Of a stretch of DNA of 64,000 nt, positions 27,801 through 37,173 are shown one piece after another. Under the pieces are notes generated by a model. That model worked only from the letters and a program-made list of their open reading frames with translations. It did no database searches and was not told the origin of the DNA. Within the stretch, counting starts at the first letter, position 1. Every line of letters starts with the position of its first letter. The stretch lies in IMG/VR virus record IMGVR_UViG_3300050132_000038, positions 154,862-218,861 of that record. The stretch is one strand, 5' to 3'. Made by a program: the position numbers and the translations under genes.

Positions 27801-28313
27801 ATGAACAAACCTGTGTACGCACGCATTCTCTATGATGAAGTTAAGAATGCTAACCCAGAAGGTGGTCTCTATGTGTGGTGCACGCCTGACTCTAGATCAA
27901 CGCTGAAACTGCAGAAGCTTATGGCAGGTGCTCCTTTTAAAACTCGGAATACTACACAGCTGCATTGTACGATTATGTACCACCATGATGTACTTCCTGA
28001 ATCAGTTGATGTACCTGAAGACCGGGAGATGACAGGATTACTAAGGGAGTTGGTGATCTGGGATGAACCTAACGGAGAGTCGATACTGGTGGGTGTTTTG
28101 CACTCCGAAGACCTACAGGAGCTCCACCAGGAATTAGAAGGGCAGGGATTAAAGCATTCTTTCGAGGACTATACTGCTCATATTTCACTAGGTAAGGATT
28201 TACAGAAAGATGAGCAGACCTTAGCCTGGATTCAAGAGAAGAATGAACTGCTAGATGGGCTGCCAATCGTTATTGATTTTGATGCTTGCTTGAAGGGTAG
28301 TTCGATCGTGTAG
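27801..28313 (+). CDS. 2H phosphoesterase, T4 gp57B/Acb1-like
   Basis: GLYV...LHCTIMY...LVGVLHS...HSFEDYTAHISL, with two HxT/S motifs. Confidence 0.75.
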   Translation: MNKPVYARILYDEVKNANPEGGLYVWCTPDSRSTLKLQKLMAGAPFKTRNTTQLHCTIMYHHDVLPESVDVPEDREMTGLLRELVIWDEPNGESILVGVLHSEDLQELHQELEGQGLKHSFEDYTAHISLGKDLQKDEQTLAWIQEKNELLDGLPIVIDFDACLKGSSIV

Positions 28314-28329
28314 TCTAACCAGACGTACA

Positions 28330-28367
28330 AAGAGCCACACTACTTTTGATTAGGTAGTGTGGCTCTT
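28330..28367. terminator. Hairpin between convergent operons
   Basis: AAGAGCCACACTAC-N10-GTAGTGTGGCTCTT, a perfect 14-bp stem. Confidence 0.8.
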
Positions 28368-28393
28368 CTGCATTCAACCTGCTGTTGCAGAGC

Positions 28394-28819
28394 TTAACCA
28401 CTGAAGGTGTACGGTATGTAGGCCAGAAAGCCTGATACCGTTGAACCCGCAGTAGGATTAACAATGGTGACACCTGATAGCATGTCATCCGTTAAATATA
28501 GCTGAGTCATGTACACGGTGTACATTGCAACCACAGGGGACTCTAGTGTTCCCGTAGTCTTAGTCAAGTTGAGAACTAGCGGTCCTCCGTTGGATGTAAT
28601 TAGCAGCCCGGCACTGCCCGTAGGCAATACTAGGCTAGTAGTAACACTAAACTGCTGGAGTACAGCCCCCTCTGTAGCATCGAATGACGTGTAGAAGTTA
28701 CCTATGTTCCGCATGATCTGACCTTGCCCTAAGCTCCCCTTGACAGCGAAGTTCAGAGTGTTAGTCGGAGTAGCGGGTAGGCTAATGATATTACCCGTGG
28801 TGCTGAATACTGAACTCAT
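28394..28819 (-). CDS. Probable virion structural protein
   Basis: Very low charge, Thr/Ser/Gly-rich. Confidence 0.55.
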   Translation of the reverse strand: MSSVFSTTGNIISLPATPTNTLNFAVKGSLGQGQIMRNIGNFYTSFDATEGAVLQQFSVTTSLVLPTGSAGLLITSNGGPLVLNLTKTTGTLESPVVAMYTVYMTQLYLTDDMLSGVTIVNPTAGSTVSGFLAYIPYTFSG

Positions 28820-29046
28820 CTAATCCTCCCTGCAATGGTTAGGAGCCTCCTCTCGTTCGCGTAATCTTTGGCGCACTCAGAATCGCAGAAAGCTTTTGGT
28901 GAATGTACATCCGACCCACAATAGTAGCAGGCTCCTGTGAATGGTAGGCTTGGCTTCTTTGCTTCCCTCCTAATACGTTGTATCTCATACTCTCTGAGCA
29001 AGTCCTCGGTCTCAGCTGAATGATCTATGCTGTCTGAAAATCCCAT
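28816..29046 (-). CDS. DksA/TraR-like C4 zinc-finger protein
   Basis: FSDSIDHSAETEDL...CYYCG...FCDSEC; GAGGAG RBS before ATG 29046. Confidence 0.65.
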   Translation of the reverse strand: MGFSDSIDHSAETEDLLREYEIQRIRREAKKPSLPFTGACYYCGSDVHSPKAFCDSECAKDYANERRLLTIAGRIR

Positions 29047-29071
29047 GATGTTTCTCCTCAGTATGGCTAAG

Positions 29072-29359
29072 TTATTCTTCTTCATCTTCTTGTTCTACAC
29101 TGGAGATATGGGTGTCGTGATCTCCGGCTTGATTCGAGGGCATTATAGAAGCCTCCTTCTTCAACGTAACTACCAATCGGTGTGCTGCATTTAACTTGAA
29201 ATTGGTAGCATTCAATAGGATCTCTGATTTAGGATGCACTTCGGGCTCCAAGTCTACACCAGTTGGCAAGTAAGGTTCATCTAGGTTGTGATTAGGTGCT
29301 ACCGTATTGAACGAATAATCTTCTGCTGTTATCTTTAGTGTACTTCGTATCTTTTTCAT
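29072..29359 (-). CDS. Hypothetical protein with internal KLNAAHRL motif
   Basis: Fills the operon; motif shared with four other small ORFs. Confidence 0.55.
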   Translation of the reverse strand: MKKIRSTLKITAEDYSFNTVAPNHNLDEPYLPTGVDLEPEVHPKSEILLNATNFKLNAAHRLVVTLKKEASIMPSNQAGDHDTHISSVEQEDEEE

Positions 29360-29360
29360 A

Positions 29361-30443
29361 CTAGAGCTCCGCAGAACAGCCTATAAAGAGATAGCCTTCA
29401 TTGGGTGCACTATTTCTAGACGTTACTGGGTAATACGGAGAGAGTCCAGTAAACCCGGTTACCTGAGTCCATAAACCATAGGTAGTAGCTGCCCCGTTAG
29501 CCAAGACGGGAGGATTTGCTTCCCAATTGGCAGCACCTGATCGTATCCAGGCAGGCAAACCCGGTATCAAAGATACAGTCGGTATAGCTCTCATAGGAAC
29601 TATAAATTTCTCTGCTACACCGACTACCGTGGCAGCTTCTACAGAACCAAAAAGTCCATTACCTGCTAGTTGGTAGTACCTCTGGCATAACCCTAACTCC
29701 GTTGTATACAGTCTGTTCTCAAAAAGGGTTGCTACGGTCCCTGCTTCTAGCTGGAGATCAGTAACCGCTATGTAGTTACCTATCGTCATTCCCCAGTTAG
29801 TAGAACTCGTAGCTGAGAACCAATTTCCTGCCTGCCACGTGTTCAAAGTTGACGTCGTATAGTTCCCGGCATTCAATGCTCCTATAAGCACGCTTAATCC
29901 CATCATATTAGAATTAGGGACGTTAAGCGTTAGAGGTAGCACACTGATAGGTATTACTACTTTTACGGGTACACTGGCAACTGCCATAAAGGTTGAAACG
30001 TAAGAGTTAGTAGCGTTACTATCCTGTATAGTAACGCTATACATACCACTAACATCGGTCTCAAATATAAAGGATATTGCTACAGGCTGACCGAGTAGGT
30101 CATAACAGTTAAGCCCTTCTATCCGCTGATATACACCATACGTGTAGTAAGCAGTACCTAGGGTAAACGGTGTAGTTACTGTTTGGACTACTGCATTCCT
30201 CAGCACTCCATTGTAGGTAATGGCACCCTGGCTCTGTGTGAACGCACCAGTGGCTAGGCCATCAACTGCGAGGTATCTATCAGGACCTGCGTACCCTTGC
30301 GTCATCGTTTGATTAAAGGTCATGCTAGGACGTTGAGCTACGTTACATGCCCCATTTATAATACGATTACGGAACGCTACCTGAGTGGTAGCCAAGTTTG
30401 ATAGTGCTTGCGCGTCCTGCGCTATATTAGCTGAAATTCCCAT
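29361..30443 (-). CDS. Fibre-associated carbohydrate-binding-like protein, paralogue A
   Basis: FRNRIINGACNVAQR...GPDR...LQLEAGTVAT.FE.R...ELGLCQRYY. Confidence 0.7.
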   Translation of the reverse strand: MGISANIAQDAQALSNLATTQVAFRNRIINGACNVAQRPSMTFNQTMTQGYAGPDRYLAVDGLATGAFTQSQGAITYNGVLRNAVVQTVTTPFTLGTAYYTYGVYQRIEGLNCYDLLGQPVAISFIFETDVSGMYSVTIQDSNATNSYVSTFMAVASVPVKVVIPISVLPLTLNVPNSNMMGLSVLIGALNAGNYTTSTLNTWQAGNWFSATSSTNWGMTIGNYIAVTDLQLEAGTVATLFENRLYTTELGLCQRYYQLAGNGLFGSVEAATVVGVAEKFIVPMRAIPTVSLIPGLPAWIRSGAANWEANPPVLANGAATTYGLWTQVTGFTGLSPYYPVTSRNSAPNEGYLFIGCSAEL

Positions 30444-30452
30444 GAGTAATCC

Positions 30453-30842
30453 TTATGTTGCAGGGGTAGCGTTAGGATCAACGAAGGCCGGGATCAATGC
30501 TAAAGCCTGGGCTACTGTTGGCATTGCTATCGTCCCTGCCTTGATCTGAGCCAGCATTGTGTACGCAGTATTCCACACCGTTGATCTCCAGGTTAGGAAC
30601 GCCATACCCTCTGCTTGGAATGGCTGTCCTACTGCTTGGGCTGCGTAACTGCAGGCCGAGATAATATCGTTGTAACCCTTCGACTGAGCAGTTGTATCCA
30701 ATAAGTTTTGTACTGCTGATATAATCGAGGGCTCCAGGAGAGCTTGAGCCGCTGCAGCTATCTGAGCTTCCGTAGCCGCTACATCTCCTGGAACACAATC
30801 ACCTTCGTATATTTGCCCTTGTGTGTTTATCCATTGTGTCAT
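30453..30842 (-). CDS. Fibre assembly chaperone-like protein
   Basis: AVQNLLDTTAQSKGYNDIISACSYA...FQAEG..F..WR..VW. Confidence 0.6.
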   Translation of the reverse strand: MTQWINTQGQIYEGDCVPGDVAATEAQIAAAAQALLEPSIISAVQNLLDTTAQSKGYNDIISACSYAAQAVGQPFQAEGMAFLTWRSTVWNTAYTMLAQIKAGTIAMPTVAQALALIPAFVDPNATPAT

Positions 30843-33800
30843 TTACCACCTCCTGCGAGTTAGTACACGGTAATATCCAGTGGTAATTACTGTACCAGTA
30901 CCTGCAACAGTTAGCCCTACGTAATCAGCATCTGTCCATATAGCTGCACTATTTCTGGTGGTAATACCTGCCTGCCAGCCTGTGAGCGCATACCAGTAGT
31001 CAATAGCATAGCGTTCGTTAGTACCTACTGCGTCATCCGCTATGCGAACTTCCGTAGCAAATGCAGTGTACCCTAAGTTATGATTTTTGTTGTACATAGT
31101 ATTAGTCGCTACCATAAACAACCCACTATCGTACTGGCCCTTCAACGCATAGCTAATAGCACTAGTAACTAGCGTGGTGCTAGTCATTGCCTCCCCTACA
31201 TACACCCTGTTCTTCTGAGTAAACATAGGATTAGCTAAGGCTGTTGTAGATGGTCCACTCACCTGAGTCATCGTCATGTTAGGAACTGAGAAGAAGTCAG
31301 ACGAGTAACCGACGGTTGCTATGTTGGGAGCGACAGTAGGAACCGCGTAGGTCATACCATTCGGATGCTGGCAATACGGTAGGAATTCAAACTTGTCGAT
31401 GTAGCCTGCAAACCACTGGGTATTGTTAGCTCCCGCGCCGACTGCTATGTATGAGACTGGACATACCTTTATAGTACTGGCGAATGTAAAATCGAGCAGC
31501 CCGTTAACGTATCCATAGTACTTACCGTCTACTGAGTCGTATACGAGCTCTGTAAATTGCCACATTCCGCTGTTAATGGTGTTAGTTCCCGGCGTACCAT
31601 TCACTATATCCCAGGTAGTCCCTGTAGATGATAAATAGTATTGAATCTTACTCTCGTACACTACGATTTGAGCCCCATAGTTTGTAGTCGTACTTGAGCT
31701 AGCATCAAAAATATCCTGAACAGTAGTAGTCGCGGCGTTAGTGGGCCAAATCCAACATCTTAAAGACCAACTACCGTTCCCCAAACTCTTGAAACCTGAG
31801 CTCAGTATATAGTTAGATGTACCATTCAAAGCAAAGTTAGTACCAGTACCTCCTAGTGCCCCTGTACCAAACTTATACTGGGTATTCTGAATAGTTGCAC
31901 CACCCATCGCAGTCCACATGTTCCCGAAGTCATCCAGGATCATCGTAGAGCCAGAGGTACCATTAAACTGCAACACTGATTGAGCACTTTGATTGTAGGA
32001 GTACCCGTACTGCACGGGAGCTAACGTAGAGGTCCACGTAACCGAAGTAGGGCTTGTGTAGTCAGCACTAATGAACGATGTGTTGCTCATAGGTAGTGTA
32101 ACTATGTTAGGCATATCCGCACTAATAGTTGCCCCATAGTTAGTAGCCCCTGCAGCAAATGAAATCACCATAGGCTGCATAGTGGCCGAAAGATTCACCG
32201 TCATCCCTGTACCCGGGGTCAACATCGAGGCATAACCTAAACTATTAGTCACCCCCATCTGCACGGTCTGTCTTGTGTAGCCTAGAGCTTGTGCTTGGGC
32301 TAATGGAACTAGCTGATTAGAGGAGGTAGCTACCGGACCCATCACTGGCCCAGTAAAGGTACCGCCAGTTATAGGTACCATATTAGCAACAGTAGAAGAC
32401 TGCTGACTAATGATCTTAATCTCAGCTCCTAGCATCGCTGGAACATTCAGCATCACCGAGGTGCCATTACTTGCCGTGTAGTCAGTACTCAGTAATAATG
32501 TTCCATTCTCAAACACCTGTACAGCACCCGGAGTGTACCCTACGTTGAACGTTGTCTGCCCCGCAGTTGCGATGAATTCATAAATCGAGATTGCACCAAT
32601 AGCAGAGAATGCGCTAAACGCTATCACTGATATTTCATCGTTCAAATTCAAACCAAACGGAAAGGTGATGTACGCACCTGTGGTCGCTACATAGTCCGTA
32701 GCAGGTAACTCTAGACCCATTCGCGTGACGATGATGTTGCCAGGAGTGTAACTCACATCAATCTGTGTCTGGCCTTGCGTGGTAGCGATAAAGTCATACT
32801 TCGTTAGCGTGTTAGCACCCGCAGATGACGCCAGAATAACGTTTGTACCATCTGAGTACGCAATGATCGACTTACCTTGCGGAGCCACCGCGGTCATACC
32901 TCCACCAGATATAGGTGTCAACTGGAACATAGTCAACACACCGTTACCTGTACCAAACAGCATTGCAGTTACAGTACCTAACCTGCCTTCTGCATCTAGG
33001 TAGGTGCCCGTCCAGGTCAACGTATTACCAGTAGTTGGTGGCAGTGCTAACGTTACCAACCCTCCTGTAGTTATCATGTAGTCAGTGATCGTTACTGCAG
33101 TCGCAAATGTCTCAATGTATGAGGTTGCAGCCATCCCGGTCTCGACTTGACCTCCCCACAGGTACGTGCTCCCTGTCAAAGCTGGGTTAGTACTCATGCA
33201 GGGATAGTACACGAAGTTGAATGCGCCGGACACCAACGGAGTTACCTGCAACGCAATACGGTACCAGCCATTCATCAACGGGTAGACCTGCCCCATAGAA
33301 ACCGTGGGTACTCCAGCAGTCCATGTTATCTGAGAACTAGTAATCGTATCCCCGGTATCATAACATTCAAACGTACCCGTAGTAGACGTCCCCTCTTTAA
33401 CATAGATGGATGCAGTGTATGTAGTACCGGCAACTCCGTTAAAGCTGGAGTTCGATATGTACGAAGGATTCGTAGTATCGTTATCTGTAACCATCCATGC
33501 GGTAGCAGTTCCATCTGGTGCAGTGAATCCCCCCGTGATGGTCGTGGATCCGGTTAGCATCCATGGTGCTGTGGATAACGCCTGAGACTCGAACAGCATG
33601 TTGGTCCTGGGCGTTTTATACAGTAGCTGATTACCATCCCAGTTGTTGAGATAGACCATTGAGGTCTCAACGGTGTAGACCGCCCCCGCCACACCTGTCT
33701 GCAATGTTAAGGAATACGCACCACTTGTATTATTGGCGAATACCCATATACCTGAGGTGTACGGTAGCTGCACCGTACTATTCCCCATAAGCGTACCAGT

Positions 33801-34127
33801 AAAGTTAATGATGCCTGAGTTGTACTGGGTAGGCGTGAGTACAGTAGAGATCGTGGTAATGGGTACTGTCTCTTCGCTATTTTTGAGATTCAAAGCTAGC
33901 TGCGCTATGTTCCCTGTGGTAACTTGTCGAAGACCCATCCCTAGGCTAGACGGTACAGTTTCCATACCCGACAATGGGCCTACTACAGGGGGCGCTGTAC
34001 CGTTAGCAATCTCATCTAGAAAATACTTAACGGTGTTTCCGTTGTACCCTACATCGGCAGCACCACGAGTAGGGTCCGTTTCGTTAGCAATACCAAGTAT
34101 ATCGGCAGGAGATAAGAGCCCTGTCAT
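30843..34127 (-). CDS. Tail fibre / receptor-binding protein
   Basis: RTNML..S carbohydrate-binding module, two ATxGQT-YTPG repeats, LamG/ConA-like domain. Confidence 0.75.
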   Translation of the reverse strand: MTGLLSPADILGIANETDPTRGAADVGYNGNTVKYFLDEIANGTAPPVVGPLSGMETVPSSLGMGLRQVTTGNIAQLALNLKNSEETVPITTISTVLTPTQYNSGIINFTGTLMGNSTVQLPYTSGIWVFANNTSGAYSLTLQTGVAGAVYTVETSMVYLNNWDGNQLLYKTPRTNMLFESQALSTAPWMLTGSTTITGGFTAPDGTATAWMVTDNDTTNPSYISNSSFNGVAGTTYTASIYVKEGTSTTGTFECYDTGDTITSSQITWTAGVPTVSMGQVYPLMNGWYRIALQVTPLVSGAFNFVYYPCMSTNPALTGSTYLWGGQVETGMAATSYIETFATAVTITDYMITTGGLVTLALPPTTGNTLTWTGTYLDAEGRLGTVTAMLFGTGNGVLTMFQLTPISGGGMTAVAPQGKSIIAYSDGTNVILASSAGANTLTKYDFIATTQGQTQIDVSYTPGNIIVTRMGLELPATDYVATTGAYITFPFGLNLNDEISVIAFSAFSAIGAISIYEFIATAGQTTFNVGYTPGAVQVFENGTLLLSTDYTASNGTSVMLNVPAMLGAEIKIISQQSSTVANMVPITGGTFTGPVMGPVATSSNQLVPLAQAQALGYTRQTVQMGVTNSLGYASMLTPGTGMTVNLSATMQPMVISFAAGATNYGATISADMPNIVTLPMSNTSFISADYTSPTSVTWTSTLAPVQYGYSYNQSAQSVLQFNGTSGSTMILDDFGNMWTAMGGATIQNTQYKFGTGALGGTGTNFALNGTSNYILSSGFKSLGNGSWSLRCWIWPTNAATTTVQDIFDASSSTTTNYGAQIVVYESKIQYYLSSTGTTWDIVNGTPGTNTINSGMWQFTELVYDSVDGKYYGYVNGLLDFTFASTIKVCPVSYIAVGAGANNTQWFAGYIDKFEFLPYCQHPNGMTYAVPTVAPNIATVGYSSDFFSVPNMTMTQVSGPSTTALANPMFTQKNRVYVGEAMTSTTLVTSAISYALKGQYDSGLFMVATNTMYNKNHNLGYTAFATEVRIADDAVGTNERYAIDYWYALTGWQAGITTRNSAAIWTDADYVGLTVAGTGTVITTGYYRVLTRRRW

Positions 34128-34142
34128 GAATTACTCCTTAGT

Positions 34143-34802
34143 TCACCAAGTAAAAATTTTATTAGCCAAGTTCAGGACTGGAAGTCTAGAGCTCACGGTA
34201 TCGGTTGACCCATTGATAATCTCAGTTACCCGAGTAAACGAATCAGAATCCGCCAGAGCATTCAGCTTATTAGTCATCCAGAACCACCCAGCGGTTAGCA
34301 TTCCGTCTGTGTACTGACTTACCTTATCTGGGTTATTCAGGTAAACTGTAGCATCGTTATATAGGTAGGCCGAGGCTGCCTTGTAGTTATCGAGAAACGT
34401 TAGATCGAATCCTCCGCGACCACGATAAGCATAGCCGTCACCCGATGTAGCATTGCCATTACCATCTCGACTAGCATACACGAGATTAGCTAGCTTCTCA
34501 GGGGCTTCCACGAAGTCTGGTGCATACTCTTTACCGGGTGCATCCTCAGCTAAAGAAAACCGTGACGGCCACACTTCTACTAATCGCTCTGGGGTAGAGT
34601 AAACTAGATCCTCTTCCCAAACAGTGAATCCCCCTGTCTCGAACGACGACTGCGCCATGAAGTATCGAACTCGAATTGCTGAATCGCTAATTTGAAAACG
34701 ATCTAGCGTCTGGTTAATCGCAACCACTAGCTGTGCTCGATCAGCAAGATTGAGGTGGGTAGCAAACGCTGCTAGTTGAGAATTACTGATGTTGAATTTC
34801 AT
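34143..34802 (-). CDS. Endolysin, GH19 chitinase-like
   Basis: FMAQSSFETGGF...LANLVYASRDGNG...GDGYAYRGRG...LTFLDNY...INGS. Confidence 0.9.
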   Translation of the reverse strand: MKFNISNSQLAAFATHLNLADRAQLVVAINQTLDRFQISDSAIRVRYFMAQSSFETGGFTVWEEDLVYSTPERLVEVWPSRFSLAEDAPGKEYAPDFVEAPEKLANLVYASRDGNGNATSGDGYAYRGRGGFDLTFLDNYKAASAYLYNDATVYLNNPDKVSQYTDGMLTAGWFWMTNKLNALADSDSFTRVTEIINGSTDTVSSRLPVLNLANKIFTW

Positions 34803-35164
34803 TTTGCGCGGTCCTCGGGCTCACCAACTTTGAGACCGTCAACAGTTGGTTCGTACTGAACACCAAATTTTAGTTTCCAGAGGATCTCTAACTCGCGTGT
34901 CATGTGATTGCCCATAAGCCCTGAGGTAGCGATCAACACAGCAGAGAGCGGGCCACTTATATTAGTCCATTGGCACAACCAGAAGGTAATGAGGCCCATG
35001 AACCCTGCAGTCACGACATCCCTAATCAGGATGACAAAGCTAAAAGCCGCAGGTGACTTATTAAGATACTTCACTGCACCTCCAGCGCAGGCCAGCCCTA
35101 CTACCCACGCGTAGGTCACCCAAGGGTAGCCACCAAAGGGGTTGGTCTTGTCGTTTAATTCCAT
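34799..35164 (-). CDS. Holin (LydA-like)
   Basis: Hydrophobic segments WVVGLACAGGAVKYL, AGFMGLITFWLC and SAVLIATSGLMG; overlaps the endolysin start. Confidence 0.8.
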   Translation of the reverse strand: MELNDKTNPFGGYPWVTYAWVVGLACAGGAVKYLNKSPAAFSFVILIRDVVTAGFMGLITFWLCQWTNISGPLSAVLIATSGLMGNHMTRELEILWKLKFGVQYEPTVDGLKVGEPEDRAK

Positions 35165-35220
35165 CGTTCCCTCTCATTAAGTCTAAAAGTATTATTGTTA
35201 TTATGAAATTGAACAACGCA

Positions 35221-35228
35221 TGTAAATA
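35221..35228 (+). promoter_or_regulatory. TGTAAATA motif (candidate second promoter class)
   Basis: Recurs on + at 35221, 42060, 43066, 50046, 52490 and 58082, upstream of DNA-metabolism genes. Confidence 0.55.
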
Positions 35229-35249
35229 TGGGTTAACCCAGGAGTAATT

Positions 35250-35546
35250 ATGCTTATCGCCGGAATACTAATCGAGAGGAAGGTCCACCTGCTTACCAAC
35301 AGTCGTGAGCTTACCTCATTCATCAAGAACTATGTAGCTCTCAACATCGAAGGCTTAGATCCTGCCGAGATCGATGTGAACTTCATTGCCACTGACTTGT
35401 GTAAGAATCTGGACTCTGCCTTCAACACTAAGTTTCTAGTCAATCGTTTAGACGCAGATACAGGAGAGCCTGTAGACGATCTATCGGTACTGGCTATGCT
35501 TGAAGTCTGTAGCCCTTACGATGTTCCGTCTACAGGAGTTCATTAA
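35250..35546 (+). CDS. Hypothetical protein
   Basis: AGGAG RBS; precedes the exonuclease. Confidence 0.6.
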   Translation: MLIAGILIERKVHLLTNSRELTSFIKNYVALNIEGLDPAEIDVNFIATDLCKNLDSAFNTKFLVNRLDADTGEPVDDLSVLAMLEVCSPYDVPSTGVH

Positions 35547-35547
35547 T

Positions 35548-36438
35548 ATGGAGAGGATTTACGTAGCAGATGGTAACTGGCTACTTCATCGAGTGGCGTT
35601 TACTTTGAGGACCTCGCGCCCTATAGGTGAAGTGCTGCCGTATAAGTTCCTTGCGTTGGTCATGAAGGACGCATTAGCAGTTAAGGCTGACTATACTCTG
35701 GTTGCCTTCGACGGCCCTGACGTATTCCGATATAAAGTATATCCTCAGTACAAGTCAGCTAGACGTGAGAGTAAGGGCGCACCAGTTGACGCAGAGAATG
35801 CAGAACCAGTAAATGATCTGTACCAATATCTCCCTGACGTCTATGCGCTGCTTCATAAGCTAGGGATTATCTTCTTCCAGCCTAAGACGCATGAGGCAGA
35901 CGATGTTCTGTGCTCTGTTGCTAAAGCATACGGTAACGACTACAAAGTGATCTGTGGTACAGTTGATAAGGATGCCTATCAATATCTAACGCCTAAGGTA
36001 CGGCTCTACGATTCCTCTGCAAAGGGTAAAGACGGTAAATCTAAACCTCGCTATATAGATGTCGCTTACGCTGAAAAGAAAAAGGGAGTTAAGGTTTCAC
36101 AGATGGTGGACTACCAAACTTTGATAGGTGACTCGGGCGACTCAGTGCCACCTATCAAAGGTATCGGCCCAGCTAAAGCCAAGAAGATACTGGAGACTTA
36201 TGGATCAATCAAGAACTGGCATAAGCAGTGTAAAGAAGACCGAGAGTTCATTACTGCTGAAGCTGATAACATTAGACGTAACCGCAAGTTGGTCAAGCTA
36301 GTGGAAGATGTACTCCCACCTAACGAGTTAAAAGAGTGGAAGCTCCGGAAGAATCAGTCGGTAGACAAATCCCTGAGCCGGAGCTTCCATGAGTATCTTA
36401 ACTGGTTGTACCCAAAGTCAAAAGGTCTCTGGGGTTAG
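35548..36438 (+). CDS. 5'-3' exonuclease / flap endonuclease (Pol I N-terminal-like)
   Basis: ADGNWLLHR, FDG, YKSAR, EADD, DKD, GDSGDSVPPIKGIGPAKA. Confidence 0.9.
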   Translation: MERIYVADGNWLLHRVAFTLRTSRPIGEVLPYKFLALVMKDALAVKADYTLVAFDGPDVFRYKVYPQYKSARRESKGAPVDAENAEPVNDLYQYLPDVYALLHKLGIIFFQPKTHEADDVLCSVAKAYGNDYKVICGTVDKDAYQYLTPKVRLYDSSAKGKDGKSKPRYIDVAYAEKKKGVKVSQMVDYQTLIGDSGDSVPPIKGIGPAKAKKILETYGSIKNWHKQCKEDREFITAEADNIRRNRKLVKLVEDVLPPNELKEWKLRKNQSVDKSLSRSFHEYLNWLYPKSKGLWG

Positions 36439-36458
36439 GCTGAAGGCCGTACTTAGTA

Positions 36459-37157
36459 CTAGGCTGAAGGCCACACAATAGCTTGAACAGCGGCTACTGC
36501 ATCTGCTTCTGTAGTAGTCACTGTTACAGCCTGCACCTGCTGTTGTAGGTTGCTATTCTGCTGAAGTATAGCTCCGATCTTGTTGTTACCGTCTATGCCT
36601 ACCTGCCGCATCTGGGATGCAGTATGCGCTGCCCATGTCCAGGCTCCGGTACTATCCTGGCACCAGAAAGAGACAGTCCACACATTCCAAATCACTGAAC
36701 CATCATCGACCGGCGCTACACTCCAGTTCTGAGGGCTAGTGCTGGAGGTTCCCGGAGTAGTACAAATGAAGCCTTGCCCGTCCATAGTTATAATCTGCCC
36801 TTCAGGAACTACTGCACCGGCAGCCCAAGCAGGGCTAGTCAAAGCAATGGTAGCTGCGGAAGCTCGGCTATTCATGTTAAGCTGGTCTAACTGCTGGGCT
36901 GGGTAAGTATGGACTGTCCCTAAGGCTGACGAAGTGAATCCTTTGTAGATTTCATTCGAGGTAGCTGCATTAAGGATACCTGCCTGGGTAGCCTGCGCCT
37001 GAGCCAGAGTAGGTCCCGGTACCGGGGTAACTACGTTACCCGCAGCTACCCATTTAAGATAAGCTGCGTAATCCGAATTGCCCGGGCAATTCGGAATAGT
37101 TGCTCCATCCGAACGAAGAATAGAAGTCGAGTTTGCCACGAGTGTGTAAGTGTACAT
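36459..37157 (-). CDS. Fibre assembly chaperone (DUF4376-like)
   Basis: IPNCPGNSDYAAYLKWVAAGN and GFTSSALGTVHTYP...DQLN. Confidence 0.65.
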   Translation of the reverse strand: MYTYTLVANSTSILRSDGATIPNCPGNSDYAAYLKWVAAGNVVTPVPGPTLAQAQATQAGILNAATSNEIYKGFTSSALGTVHTYPAQQLDQLNMNSRASAATIALTSPAWAAGAVVPEGQIITMDGQGFICTTPGTSSTSPQNWSVAPVDDGSVIWNVWTVSFWCQDSTGAWTWAAHTASQMRQVGIDGNNKIGAILQQNSNLQQQVQAVTVTTTEADAVAAVQAIVWPSA

Positions 37158-37173
37158 GGTGTTCCTTTGTTAA

